Below, one piece after another: positions 52,643-64,000 of a stretch of DNA of 64,000 nucleotides; position 1 is the first letter of the stretch, and each line of letters opens with the position of its first letter. The translations under genes were made by a program, and so were the position numbers. The notes under the pieces are model-generated. The model saw nothing but the letters and a program-made list of their open reading frames with translations, did not search any database and was not told the DNA's origin. This DNA comes from Puccinia triticina (Eukaryota), in assembly GCA_026914245.1 (NCBI GenBank), contig CP110439.1, forward strand, positions 8,556,001 through 8,620,000, given 5' to 3'.

Positions 52643-55600
52643 ATTGGTTCAAGCAGCAATGGGAAACTGCACTACACTAATGTTATTGGACAATAACCGT
52701 TAGTATAGCCATTTTATTGGTTCCCAAATTCATGTTATTTTTTATCTCAGATACAAGTATCCATACTAACAATAACAGGAAATAAAAGGCCTTTTATTGC
52801 TACTAACAGGATAAAATAACAGTTATTGATGTTATCCATCACTATTTCCTGGGCAAGTTCCTGTATTGTTAGCAACACAAAAAAGAGATAACAGAAAACA
52901 TTGTTTTTGTTGGCTGGTTTTGGCTACACTACGCTACACTAACAAATAAAATTAGTGTATTGACCCGCCATTGGCTCAAGGAAAGAAAGCAAGCAGCCAA
53001 GGAATGATTAGTTACATGTTTTTCTATTGTTTATGCCTATGAGGCTATTAGGTATATATTTTTTTCTTCTGTTTATAACTAGCTGCTATCCTCCAAATAG
53101 TTTAGGGAGTATTTTTTAGGGTCAAATAACCCTACCCTGAAGAAATGATATAAGAGTTTGGCTGGGGCCCTTCGGCAGCCTGTGAGCGGCCTGCAGCCCA
53201 CCTGGCAGCTAAACGGGTTTGGGGCGGGCGGCTATTTGGCAGAAAATGGCCTGGCCCAACCCGCCCAATAATATCTCTAGCTGACTCAGGCTGGCCCGCG
53301 GGCAGCCCAAGCCCGTAGCTCAAATGTTTCACAAGAATTAAACCTACCATTCTGCCTACTCAGTTTTCTTATCAATGTTCCTTTGTTTTGTACAAGCTGT
53401 TTATTTTTTTTGAGCTTGCAGATCCTTTCTGCTCCCGCTGAATTTGTAGATAACTTATAAGCCTCTCCTACAGAGAGCGCTCCAGGCAAGTCCCCCGGAC
53501 CTCCATTTGAGTGGCTTTGTTAACCTAGAAAAAGGCCTATTTATCTACTGCTACGAGTTTTACACAGCCCATAAGTCCCCTTTGCTCCCCTGAGGAGGGA
53601 ATTCACAGGAAGTAGTCACAGATTCCCAAGTCTCTCCTTTGTGAGCTTAACTAAGCCTCTCCAAGGAGGCGTGGAGTGTCTCCAAAGGAGAGGCTTAGAG
53701 CATCTCCAATGGTCCGGGGGTGGATTGGGTTGCCTCCAGCGGATTTCCCAGACTGTTACAGATCTGACACAACAGTAGAAATAATGGACTGTTCAAACTG
53801 AGCTTGGATGAGTTGCCCTGCCATGTAGTGAACCCGGCAACAAATCTCATCCGCCAGTGCAAAAAAGTTAAATCTCCATTGAATGGGATCTGTTCAAGTA
53901 CACAGAATGGATAAATGATGAAATAACAATCTGATTGAGAACCTCTGGAAGAAAACGGGCTCTGAGGCTTGATCTTGTTTACTTCTCCCTAGTTGTTATC
54001 ATTCAGCATGGTTTACTTATTCTTATTACTCTCTTGGCTAGCTAGAACTTGTCTCCCCACTCTTGAATATATTTGTTTACTCATTACATGTTTGAACATG
54101 TTTGAGAAAATGTAAATAACACAAGTGTTTTATGCAATTCTTGTTTGAGGAAAACAACAAACGGTAATGATGCCCAAATGAATTCTTCTAACCAATTGTA
54201 CTCTGGATTTCTACTGACTGCCAATGCTTTTATTTTTGGTGATAAAGTCAAGTTTTTTTTAGCCCTGATAAATGATAAACAAACATCAGATCATGGCACC
54301 ATGGGAGTTTGCTCAGCACTTGCGTGCAAGTGCCATCTCTGAACTCAGTTATAGATTTGGTTGGATCTCAGTTAGATACTGGTTTGAAGGCAAGGTTCAT
54401 GTCTGCCACAATATATTCTGATATTAACTTGAACAACACTTGATGTATTATATAATGTATGTGCAAAATGTATGCGATACCTATCCTGGAAACAAGGCCA
54501 ATTTAATTATAAGGTTTACTTGATCCTCAATCTCGACCAAAGTTCCTCATGTTTTGATGGTGATGATTTTTGACCTCTTTATAAACACATACCCTGTTTG
54601 TTTCTCAGAAGCTATTAATTTTATATTGATTTTCAGGGTACACACCAAAAATCTGCTAGTTTTTGTTAATTTTTTTCTATTACACATGGTTCAAACTGAT
54701 GATGGAGTGTAGTGAGACTCTGGGAGGTCTTATTTTGCCCTGGTACTATGGTTTGACTTTGGCTTGCATTGTCTGAAGGTCCCACTGTCACACAAACGTA
54801 TAATCCGTGTGGGCTTGTGTGCCAACTTGTGTCACACAAACGTACGCGCGCACATTTGTGTGACACATTGTCCATCACAAAACAATATTGCACCACACTG
54901 AGTGCCCCTGCAGAGCCAGGGGATTCAGAGAATCCTTGACAAATTTCACTTGATTTTCATACATCTGTACATAAATCTATTTCATGAGAAGATTTTCTGA
55001 AGTCATTCACAAACCCCGTGTAATCTGAGGCCCCCCTGCACTTGTCCCAGAATTTGAACTCCCTGGGGAAAAAATTTAGCAGCTGAAGAATATTTTACAC
55101 AAATTTACACATGCATGGTGGTGTGTCACACTTTTCATCACCAAGCTGAGTGCGCATGCAGCACCACAGGCTTGTGTGGACCCTTCACAAATTGTATGTA
55201 ATTTTCAGAAATATGTATAAATATAATTTTAGGGAGATTTTATGAAGTCATGTCCAACTCCTAGTTAATACAAGGTTTTTTCCCATGGACTTTTCCCTGA
55301 GCTTCAGCTATGTTTTGAAAAACTTTAGAAACTGAATAATGTGTCACTGTCACACAAATGTACATGTGCATGTTTTTGTGACACTAACATACATAAAGAT
55401 TTTTGGAATTTATGATAAACACATGATAAATCCAAGTATATCATTCCCGTTAAAAACCCCTTTTCTCTGTGAAGTATTTGATATTGCTTTGCAAGGCATT
55501 TTGAAATGTATTCTCACATGATTCCAATAATACATAGGGTCAAGTTTGGGCTTGTTTTTGATCAAATTCAAACCTTTTTCAGCATTCCTTCAGCTCACTT

Positions 55601-56181
55601 GAGCATCATATCAACACAAATTCATCATGACTTCAGCATGTTTTGAGGTTAATGTTCCAGGACATATCTAACAGGGTTCTTAAACAATATTGTGTGATGG
55701 AACTTGCCAAGCAAACTCCCATGGTGTGAGTGAAAGATAAACCTACCAACATCATTGTATTTCTTGACTAAAGGCAGCTCTGGGTCTACAACTGCAGTCC
55801 TCTTGAATGATTGGATGGGCTTGTTTCCGGTAGCAGGAGCATCAATGTATTTATCTTCTTTGACAAGGTCATTGCGAGCAGAAGTAGTTGGATTGGTTTT
55901 GTCTGTAGCTGCAACCAAGGTTCATCAAGGTCACATCTGTTGCTGATCTGGAGTTTGACTCCTTTGGCTCCTTGTAGGAGTTGAGTAATTGGTGGTGTTG
56001 GCCATGTTGTGGTGTGTGGAGGTACTGTATGGTAGATATTGGGAGGGATGGGGATGGGTTGGGTAAGATGCACCGATGGCGGCCTTCTCAGAGCTGCCAA
56101 AGTTGGCAGCCTCTGGCCAGTTTCATCCACCCCCGCAATCTTTGGTCCACCCTCTGGGATGCCAAATTTGTACTCAAGTTT

Positions 56182-56424
56182 AAGTGTTTGTGTGCCCAAT
56201 ACGCTCCTGGATGGTTCTTCCAAGTGCTGATTGAATCTTGGATCATCACGTCAAGGGGGGCACATGTGTAGATATCTGGCTGACATAAGCAGCAGCCCCC
56301 CTACAAACATGTTTGAGACAGAAACAGGGCTGTGACATGGCACACGGAATCCACGAGGCGTGCTGCGCGCCCGCCCCACAAGTCAGCAGGCTGTTGACAA
56401 GCCGAATTTTCATATTTAACCGTG
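56182..56424 (-). repeat. Inverted ~243-bp copy of 58497-58739 flanked by a direct repeat
   Basis: Near-identical reverse complement (about 6 differences counted); TGTACTCAAGTTT at 56169-56181 and 56423-56435. Confidence 0.92.
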
Positions 56425-56768
56425 TACTCAAGTTTCACGACAGCGGTTCCGTTGGAGATGCTCTTACTTGTAAAGTTGGGGTCATGGCCTGAGAAGAACA
56501 GATTTTTTGTGATTTTTTGTTGCATGTTTTGACTTGAAAATCCTGTAGCACCTACAAGGGAGCATCTTACAAAAGAATAAAAAATGAGGAATTGAAGCCT
56601 ACCTTCTTGCCTATCATTCCTAAAAAAACCATGTCAGAAGCAGCATTATTGAGTTTTCTATGTGTGTTTCAAGAAGCCAATTGTTTTGTCTCTAAAGGGA
56701 CTTGACAGTTGTGAAAGGGGTGTGATGATGGTCTCCCCCCACAAGCAATCTAATGCCTGGGACATATT

Positions 56769-57272
56769 AGGGGGGTTCACAATTGAATTTTAATAAACTT
56801 TGGAGCCAAATTTAAGGCCTTCATGAACAAAATTTTAAAATTTTTGATACTGATCAATCAGTCCACTTCATCAATTTTTTTAAAAAAATGTTCAGAAAAT
56901 GTGTCCTAAGAGCAACTCTACTGTGGGTGCTATCTGACATTTAGCTCCCATGATAACAAATTTGAGGGCCACCCAGGGTGTTAGGAGCCTTGGGAGCTCA
57001 GCTGGTGCCAAACATAGCAACACCTGAGCTCCCCAATAGCTCCTGTGACATCTCACCACCACAAACACACACACCCCCAAACACCGCTCCACTACTACTG
57101 CACTTGAGGCTTTGTGAAAGGCAAGTTTAGCTCTCAGGATAGCTCCCGTGCAGTGGATGCTGCAGGTGACCGCAGTAGCTTGGAAGCTAAACATGGCAAG
57201 CTTTTACACCGCAGAAAGCTCACGCAGTGAAGTTGCTCTAAAGTTTTGTAAATTTCAATTGTTAACCTCCCT
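56769..57272. mobile_element. MITE of the AGGGGGGTTCAC family, interrupted by a ~330-bp insertion
   Basis: 5' part matches 60530-60680; 3' end ..AATTTCAATTGTTAACCTCCCT; ATT on both sides. Confidence 0.75.
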
Positions 57273-57926
57273 ATTGGAAAAGTTTACAAGTGAGTTTAAC
57301 CTGATTGATGGCTTGTTTTTCAAATTTGTAAAATTCCAGAATATGTAGGAAATCATCAGGATTCTCAAGGATCCATTGGCTTCTTAAATTTTGGAGGGGT
57401 TGGAGGTCATCTGAGGGGTTTTATGGTCTTTGCAGCCATTTGGCTGGTACTGCTCACGCAAGAACATGAAGATGCTGGGGGAGGGGCTATAAAAAATTAG
57501 AAGCCTCTCAGCCAAATGAACTTTTTGCTCCGCGTAAAACTAGCGGTTTAACATTAAGCGGGTACCAGGGCCCTCCGAAGTGGAGACTTGTGTTACATAC
57601 AACATGCTGTGCTGTGGAGTATTCATAGTTTTCATAAAATGATTAATTCACATCTGGGGCACCAATGCCACATATGTAGCAGCCATGGCAATCTCTCATC
57701 AAAAGAGTATTGCTACCGAGGGGTGTTGATGGGCAACATTTATGATACAAGATTGAGATGGTATGCAGATGACAAAATTGAACAAATTGATATGTATACA
57801 TAATAACTCTGGAACATCAGGAATCAGAATGAGCACCAGTGGCGAAAGGAGATGGGCAAGAAACAAACATCAGCTAGTCTGCGACGAATCAAAAAAAGAA
57901 ACTAAACAGGAGGGCGGGCAGATTGG

Positions 57927-58024
57927 GGTCTCAGTCTGACGTGCAAACGAAATAAGTGTACGTTCATGTGCAGAGCATCACTAGTCTAACATGCTAATAT
58001 CGGTTTGTTTTAACATCATTGGTC
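57927..58024 (-). ncRNA. Intronic box C/D snoRNA with two LSU rRNA guides (snR58-type D' guide, snR72-type D guide)
   Basis: Minus strand: ATGATGT (box C variant)..GCATGTTAGACT-A-GTGA (D')..TTTGCACGTCAGA-CTGA (D). The guides complement the conserved LSU sequences AGUCUAACAUGC and UCUGACGUGCAAA. The snoRNA lies downstream of a GTAAGT donor at 58104. Confidence 0.85.
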
Positions 58025-58256
58025 TGCTTGTCGCAGTAGGTATGGAGGATTGGATGAGGTATAATTGGACTGGAGTTGCGAAGAAGTAGGATGCACAGAC
58101 TTACCACAAGGAATAAGCCATTAGAGCTCCAATCGAGAGACTCGTGTCTAATCACGTCCATATTTTCGGAGAGAGCTGGGTAAGCCCGAAAAAACGTCAG
58201 CGTTCAGCTCCTGAGGAGTTCGAGTCAGATTAAAGTAAGAATGTTTGAAGGGCCAT

Positions 58257-58365
58257 GTTGATCAGACTCGATTTGGGACAACAGACAGCACCCAAGGTTA
58301 TTGGGGCTATTGAGAAAGCCATTGCATGTCATTGTAATGTTTATTTTCACTTTTCATCGTTTCAA
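58257..58365 (-). ncRNA. Candidate second intronic C/D snoRNA (target not identified)
   Basis: TTGA..ACGATGA...CTGA-TCAA with a TTGA/TCAA terminal stem, inside intron 58411-58211 (GTGAGC..CTGAC..CAG). Confidence 0.4.
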
Positions 58366-58875
58366 GTCGGGGGTAAGAATGGGGAGCTCCATAGGGACTG
58401 CAAGCGCTCACCTTTCTAAATCGGGACGAGGGGCCTATCATAGGGGAGCACTGAATGCGGGTGGATTTTGAGTGTCTGTCGCCATCGGAGTTCGGGCACG
58501 GTTAAATATGAAAATTCGGCTTGTCAACAGCCTGCTGACTTGTGGGACGGGCGCGCAGCACGCCTCGTGGATTCCGTGTGCCATGTCACAGCCCTGTTTC
58601 TGTCTCAAACATGTTCGTAGGGGGGCTGCTGCTGATGTCAGCCAGATATCTACATATGTGCCCCCCTTGACGTCATGATCCAAGATTCAATCAGCACTTG
58701 GAAGAACCATCCAGGAGCGTATCGGGCACACAAACACTTCGAATATCAGCATACTTACTGGTGGGTCAATCCCATCCAACTGAAGTTATACCATACCATG
58801 TTTCGTTTCTATGGAAGTGCGCAAACTGAACAGAACTGTGGGTTCGATTATGAATATGTATCAGGCGGAATAACG

Positions 58876-59330
58876 ATGATCAAACCCAGCAGCATTTCCA
58901 AATGGGTCAACCTGAATCGCTCGGGATTCTTGTTGCGATCAACAAACCATCAGTTTTTTTCAACCTCGAAGAATCCCACCCAGGCGCCGTCTCGTCATAG
59001 TAAAGAAACTTCAGAACAAGCCGCGGGTGGGACAACGGATGATATCGCTCATAGCAAAGGCGCATTTGACTCAAACGAAGCAAATCCAGAAAAGAGTGCA
59101 TCCAAGATCTCTGCGGTAAGCTTGAGTTTGCTTTCAACCTGGGTTTCCTCGCACCAACGTCGATGCGTGTTAGCTAATGATTCAAACACATCTCCCGATG
59201 ACTGGTTGTGAATTATGTTTCCCGATTCAAGGGTGGTACTAACATGGAACAATCGGCCGCCTACAAATCATCTTCGCTTCCATCGCAAAACACACCCGTA
59301 AAGAAAAAAGCACCCAACACACAGAAGTAA
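58876..59330 (+). CDS. Small hydrophilic protein with a probable mitochondrial presequence (2 exons)
   Basis: R/S/K-rich, acid-free N-terminus ending FFSTS; DDIAHSKGAFDSNEANPE core; intron GTAAGC (~59116)..AAG (~59231). Confidence 0.65.
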
Positions 59331-60529
59331 TCAAACCATTGAATATGCAGCTCAACTGATTGACCGAGATCCAAATCGATCGAAAAGTCATCCGGTCAAT
59401 TGTAGCTCAGATAATGATATTTACCCCAATCAGCCCGGTCGTTTGGTGCTTGTTTTCATCCAATAGATACAAAAATATATGTTACAGAAACTGACCTGGT
59501 TTTCGAAGCATGCAGACTTTTTATTAGCAAAAATTATCGATTAACACTGTATTCTTACTCCCGCTGAGCAATCACGCATATGTACAATGTGGTTTCCCAA
59601 TATTTCGTTTTCTTACCATGTTCTTTTAATCCTGTACTCAACCCTAAAAATGAACACATATTTGCGCAGATCCCATCATCCATACCAGAATTAGCAAAAT
59701 AGTCTATCAATAGAAGATTTTGTCGCAATTATTATGACTTTCAATTTATAAAAATGGTCTTCTAAATCCAGAGTTTTTTCCTTCTCACCAAAAGTTCAAA
59801 AAAGAATTAGCAATTAGCTTTTCGACCCCTTTCAAAATCAATGGGCAGTCCCCCAAGTCCCCAACAAAAGGCAAGCCAAGCTCAAACGGGTTTCAAGCTC
59901 GCACGTTTTCAAATCATATTTATGTTGTAGCGTCCACCATGAAAATCGTTTTGCCACAGTGATATTGCTCCTGGGTTTACCCTGGAATATTCCACGGCGC
60001 GTACTGTCTTCTCATACTCACAAAACTGGCCCTAAGGTTTTGAGAACATTCTCCGAAACAGCGAAAGGATCTCTTTGTAACGCATGGAAGAATACTAACC
60101 AATTCTACAAGCATTACGCAGAGACCACTGAAATGATGTCACATTTGTAATACACTCATTTGTTACTGTGGGTTATAATCTTCGGTGTAGTATTGTTTTG
60201 AACGCTTTGCTCCCTTGTCCTCTCAATACTGTTTCACAATGTCATCCTTGTCTTTCCTTCTTTTCGCAACAATGCATCTATTATGCTACAGTTAGCGTTT
60301 AATACCCTAGTTTAGCGGTTTTTTAGCGCCGCTACGCTAAACTAAATTGTAGCGGACAGACTATTACACTTACAGCTAACTCAGAATGGGCAAAGAAGTG
60401 CAATTTTTGCTACAAATTACAGCTGATTTAGCGTAGCAAGTCGCTAATTAGCTGTAATTTAGCTGTAATTTAGCGTTAACGGGTTTTAGCGGGTTGGTAT
60501 TACGCTAAAAATTACAGCCCCAGATTATT

Positions 60530-60746
60530 AGGGGGGTTCACAATTGAATTTTACTAAACTTTGGAGCCAAATTTAAGGCCTTTATGAACAAAATTTTAAA
60601 ATTTTGGGAAATTGCACAGCAGCAGGTGATACTGATCAATCAGTGCAATTTCTCAATTTTCTTAAAAAATGTTCATAAACACCTTAAAATGGGTCCCAAA
60701 GTTCTGTAAATTTCAATTGTGTGTGAACCCCCCTAATAACCCCCCT
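60530..60746. mobile_element. MITE, AGGGGGGTTCAC family
   Basis: AGGGGGGTTCACAATTGAA..TTCAATTGTGTGTGAACCCCCCT, with a short duplicated terminus followed by ATT. Confidence 0.85.
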
Positions 60747-60749
60747 ATT

Positions 60750-60953
60750 AGGGGGGTTCACAATAGGATAAAAACAAAACTTGAGAGCTAATTTTAAGGC
60801 CTTTATGAACATTTTTTTTAAAAAATGAAGAGGTTGCTCTGATTCTCAGGGGACACCCAGTCCTTCACATCTTGCCAGATTTTGAAAAATTTGTTGATAA
60901 AGGCCTTAAAATTAACTCTAAAATTTCATTTTTATCCTCTTGTGAACCCCCCT
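60750..60953. mobile_element. MITE, AGGGGGGTTCAC family (second subfamily)
   Basis: Long imperfect TIRs AGGGGGGTTCACAATAGGATAAAAA / TTTTTATCCTCTTGTGAACCCCCCT; ATT on both sides. Confidence 0.88.
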
Positions 60954-61954
60954 ATTAGCAACAAGCGCTACAATTTAGTTTTAGCGGCGCTAATTACATT
61001 TAGCACAATAGATGCATCGTTGCTGTTCGCATAAATACCTTTGCTTTCTCATGATTATGATAGACGGAGAATATATAAATTGATATCAAGAAGCTTTCCA
61101 AGTGGTATTAACAATGACACGCAGGAAACGAGGTTCAGGCAGAGCAAGTAAATTCTATTTGATGAAATTCATGGTCTAAACTTGAAGTCAAAAAAATGGT
61201 TGACAATAAGGCCAACTGCATCAGAGGGACACCGACACAGAAGCAACATTGGTTTGGAGAATTCTTGTGGGTAAAAAACAAGAGTTATTCCGGCGAGCCA
61301 GATGGGAAATTCGGCTCTTATTACACCCATCTAGCCTGCGGAGCTTATCTTGAAATTTGTGGTCCTGGATGGATATGTACTGAGTCGGCTGTGCGTGCGG
61401 GGCGTCCGTTCCACGCGGTAAGATTTTGGCGACCTCGTAGGAAACGGCACTAGAAACCTAAGGTGGAAGTCGCATTTGATTGAAGTCGATTCACAGTACC
61501 GGGATGAATACAAGGGACTAGTCTCCTGCGAAGGGGAGACCGATTCGAGGAATACACATTTCGAAACTTGTTTGGAAGGCTTCAGTGACATTTTGCTCTC
61601 GATGAGCCGGTAGCCGGTAGCGTGTGGAATACGTATTAAGCTTCAAGACTTGAAACAATGCCAAACTCCCCAAGCTTCAATTGAGACAGATGGCCGCCAG
61701 TGGAACATGATACATCGTCTGACAGAGTCGACTCGAGCAGCAACTATTGCGAGTATTAGACCCTCCACTTGAGAATCATTCAATAAAAAAGGTTGCTTCA
61801 CCTAGGAGCCTGAGGAACACATTATTCACTACACCCTCTCTCTCGGAAGTCAATCTTGGTATATTAGCCAGCTAATCGGATTATCTTGATCCCATTTTTC
61901 ACAAGCGCGACAGAACACTTCTGCCCATCCTATCCTGGAGTCTATCCCGAGCAA

Positions 61955-64000
61955 ATGGTTATTTCTAATGAGGGAGACCTCAAGTTTCCACCTCGCACCT
62001 ATCACTCACCTGAAGATATCACTCCAAACCACGAATTCCCGAGTCGCCCTCAACGCTCTGGATTCCAACGCCCCGAGCTCAGTCCTTCAACAAACATATC
62101 CGATCCATTTTCAATAAATTATTTTTCGGCAGACGGTTTACGTCCTCTTCAGCTGGTGAAAACTGACTACCGATCTACGATTCTGGAGGATTGGACTTGG
62201 GAAGCCTTTTCAATCGGTGTTGGTGCGGGAGCGGTAAGTTCATCCCCATCCAACTCCAATATTATTAGACTTAATCGGTGTGGCGACACCGGTGATTCTG
62301 AAGCGCAATGGTTGAACTCTATTTCCAGATTCACATTATCTTGGCAGACCTCAACCACGGTAACAAAAAGCTGGTTCTATGCTTCGAAGTGTTTTTCTAC
62401 TTTAGTAAGTTTTCATCAGATTGGAAAACAATTGACTCTTTCCAGATCAGCTGACATTCCGTTTTCTTAAGCAAACGTGATCTCGTTTTTGTGTAACATG
62501 GGAATCATGTGTAAGCCTCAACATTTCCTTGTGATGACTTGGCAGCTACATCTTCAACTTACTCTCGCTGGGTTCAGTGATGCAATATATACGTGAACCA
62601 CGGAGGCTCGGGAGTACATTCGATAGCGCTGAAAAAAGCCCATTTCTGCTACTGGTCCCAATCAATCTGTGAGCACCGCCTTCAACCCATACTATCCCTC
62701 GAAACTGAAGAGAGTGATGCTTTGAAACGGGCAAATTCGACCCAAGAGCAACTGTTTGTATTGGTTCGTTCAGATATGGACTCGCATCAGGATGGCTGGA
62801 GTGGGGCGGTGCGATTTGTTGGTTCCATTGTTATATCGTATTACTATTCAGGTAGGTCACTCCTATTCTTCAAAATACCAGCAAAGAGGAAATTCTGACT
62901 CATTATAATGAGTTGGTCTCCTAGTGTGCTAGCACCACATTGTCTTGTGTGGTTCAAGATTCCGCATTTCCTAGACGAGTTGCAGCCAAATTTTTATCTT
63001 CTTCCAATGCCTATCCTCTTGACAGGAGTCATGGCTGTACACCTTTTGGATACCATGCCTGTGGAAAGTGGGGAATCTTTTCATACTCTGGTCACTGGGT
63101 ATCTTTTTGGAGGTTTCGGGATGGCATTGGCAATGTTTTACCTGGTAAGAAGGAATCCAGACCTCAAGTAACGTGAATTTCCTTGCTGATTGTCAAAAAT
63201 TCCAGTTTGCATACTTTTTGAGGTTGGTTCTCCATGGCCATAGTAACGGAGATCAGGTGGGTTGAATCGGCCTTCCTTTCAAAATGCTTCCTCAAGCTCT
63301 TCTGACAAGAGATATCGGAAATTATAGACAACCGGCTCAGTTCTTGTGGCGGGAATGCTAGGTGAGGATCCGCTTCTCTCCACTCTCCTCTTGCGCTTTT
63401 TACTGATAGTGATATCTATCAAACTTAAGGGTTTTCTGCACATGCAATGATTGGTTTGGGGAGAAACGCTAGAGTCATGTTTGTCAATGATCAAAGAAAA
63501 CACCCAGTTATTACAGGATTGAAAGAATTGATTACCCTTCGTTTATCCAGTTTCTCCGATTCTCATAACATAAAACTGAGCGACACCCTGGGGGAAGTTT
63601 GGTACGGCAGTGGACTCCTGATTGGTTTAATCATGCTAGGCCTGAGCATGGCTGTGCTCTTCATGGCCGTCACTAACTCATGGTGGAAAGCAGGTGAGCT
63701 TTTTTCTAAGACACGTTCGCCATACTTACGTGGAGATTAACTCGGACTTGCCAATTATCACATGGAAGCCCGAAACCCTCGACCGAACTTGACGCTTTGG
63801 ATGATAAGGTACTTCCGAAATTCACTTCTTCAATTGGTGCATTCTTTGGGACAATCAATTGATATAAAGAAATTTTCCTTCGGCTTCGATTCGATTACCA
63901 CTTGAAACAGCACTACTTGTTGTAGCTGGGCCATCACTAGCACTTGCAGCTCCCTCTACGATACGTTTGAGTCAACCTGGCTGCGAGTAGTCCAAATAGT
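61955..64000 (+). CDS. TDT/SLAC1-family (Mae1/Ssu1-like) membrane transporter, multi-exon, 3' end near or beyond the window end
   Basis: Hydrophilic N-terminus, then ILEDWTWEAFSIGVGAGA, LLPMPILLTGVMAV, LVTGYLFGGFGMALAMF and GLLIGLIMLGLSMAVLFMAV transmembrane segments in the order expected for the family. Confidence 0.6.

Larger units (their letters stand above)
60266..61025. mobile_element. Degenerate non-autonomous TIR element hosting nested MITEs
   Basis: GCAACAATGCATCTATTATGCTA versus the reverse complement TAGCACAATAGATGCATCGTTGC; many TAGCG/CGCTA subterminal motifs. Confidence 0.65.

Noticed and set aside
53400..56160. Degraded repeat-like DNA (short hairpins such as 53650-53698, GTGTCACAC motifs, broken ORFs at 55649-56223)
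   Set aside because: Probably TE debris, but no ends or domains could be supported.
58675..58875. 5' extension of the 178-aa ORF, and matching ORFs at 56246-56431 and 58472-58678
   Set aside because: These lie in the duplicated promoter segment; the ATG at 58876 gives a better presequence-like start.

Overview
Intron-rich eukaryotic DNA, most likely from a rust fungus (Pucciniales, Puccinia-like; inferred from gene content, intron signals and repeat types). Conserved genes: an ankyrin protein, CCDC25/Jlp2, a Cdc11/Nud1-like LRR protein, a BTB protein, Pet100, Swd2/WDR82 and a TDT/Mae1-like transporter. These are interspersed with secreted-protein genes and many DNA transposons. The main feature is a complete 10,048-bp Kyakuja/Dileera/Zisupton (KDZ) transposon (22504-32551) with 176-bp TIRs and an 8-bp TSD. 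It carries a CxC1-type transposase and a divergent HMG-like gene, separated by a ~1.2-kb array of 184-bp hairpin units that itself folds back as a 465-bp-arm inverted repeat. Other highlights: an intronic dual-guide C/D snoRNA (snR58-type plus snR72-type guides) in a non-coding host transcript, an inverted TSD-flanked copy of that host's bidirectional promoter 2 kb away, a tandem pair of candidate effectors, and an ATT-target MITE family. All calls were made by eye; exon boundaries are approximate and no database searches were run.
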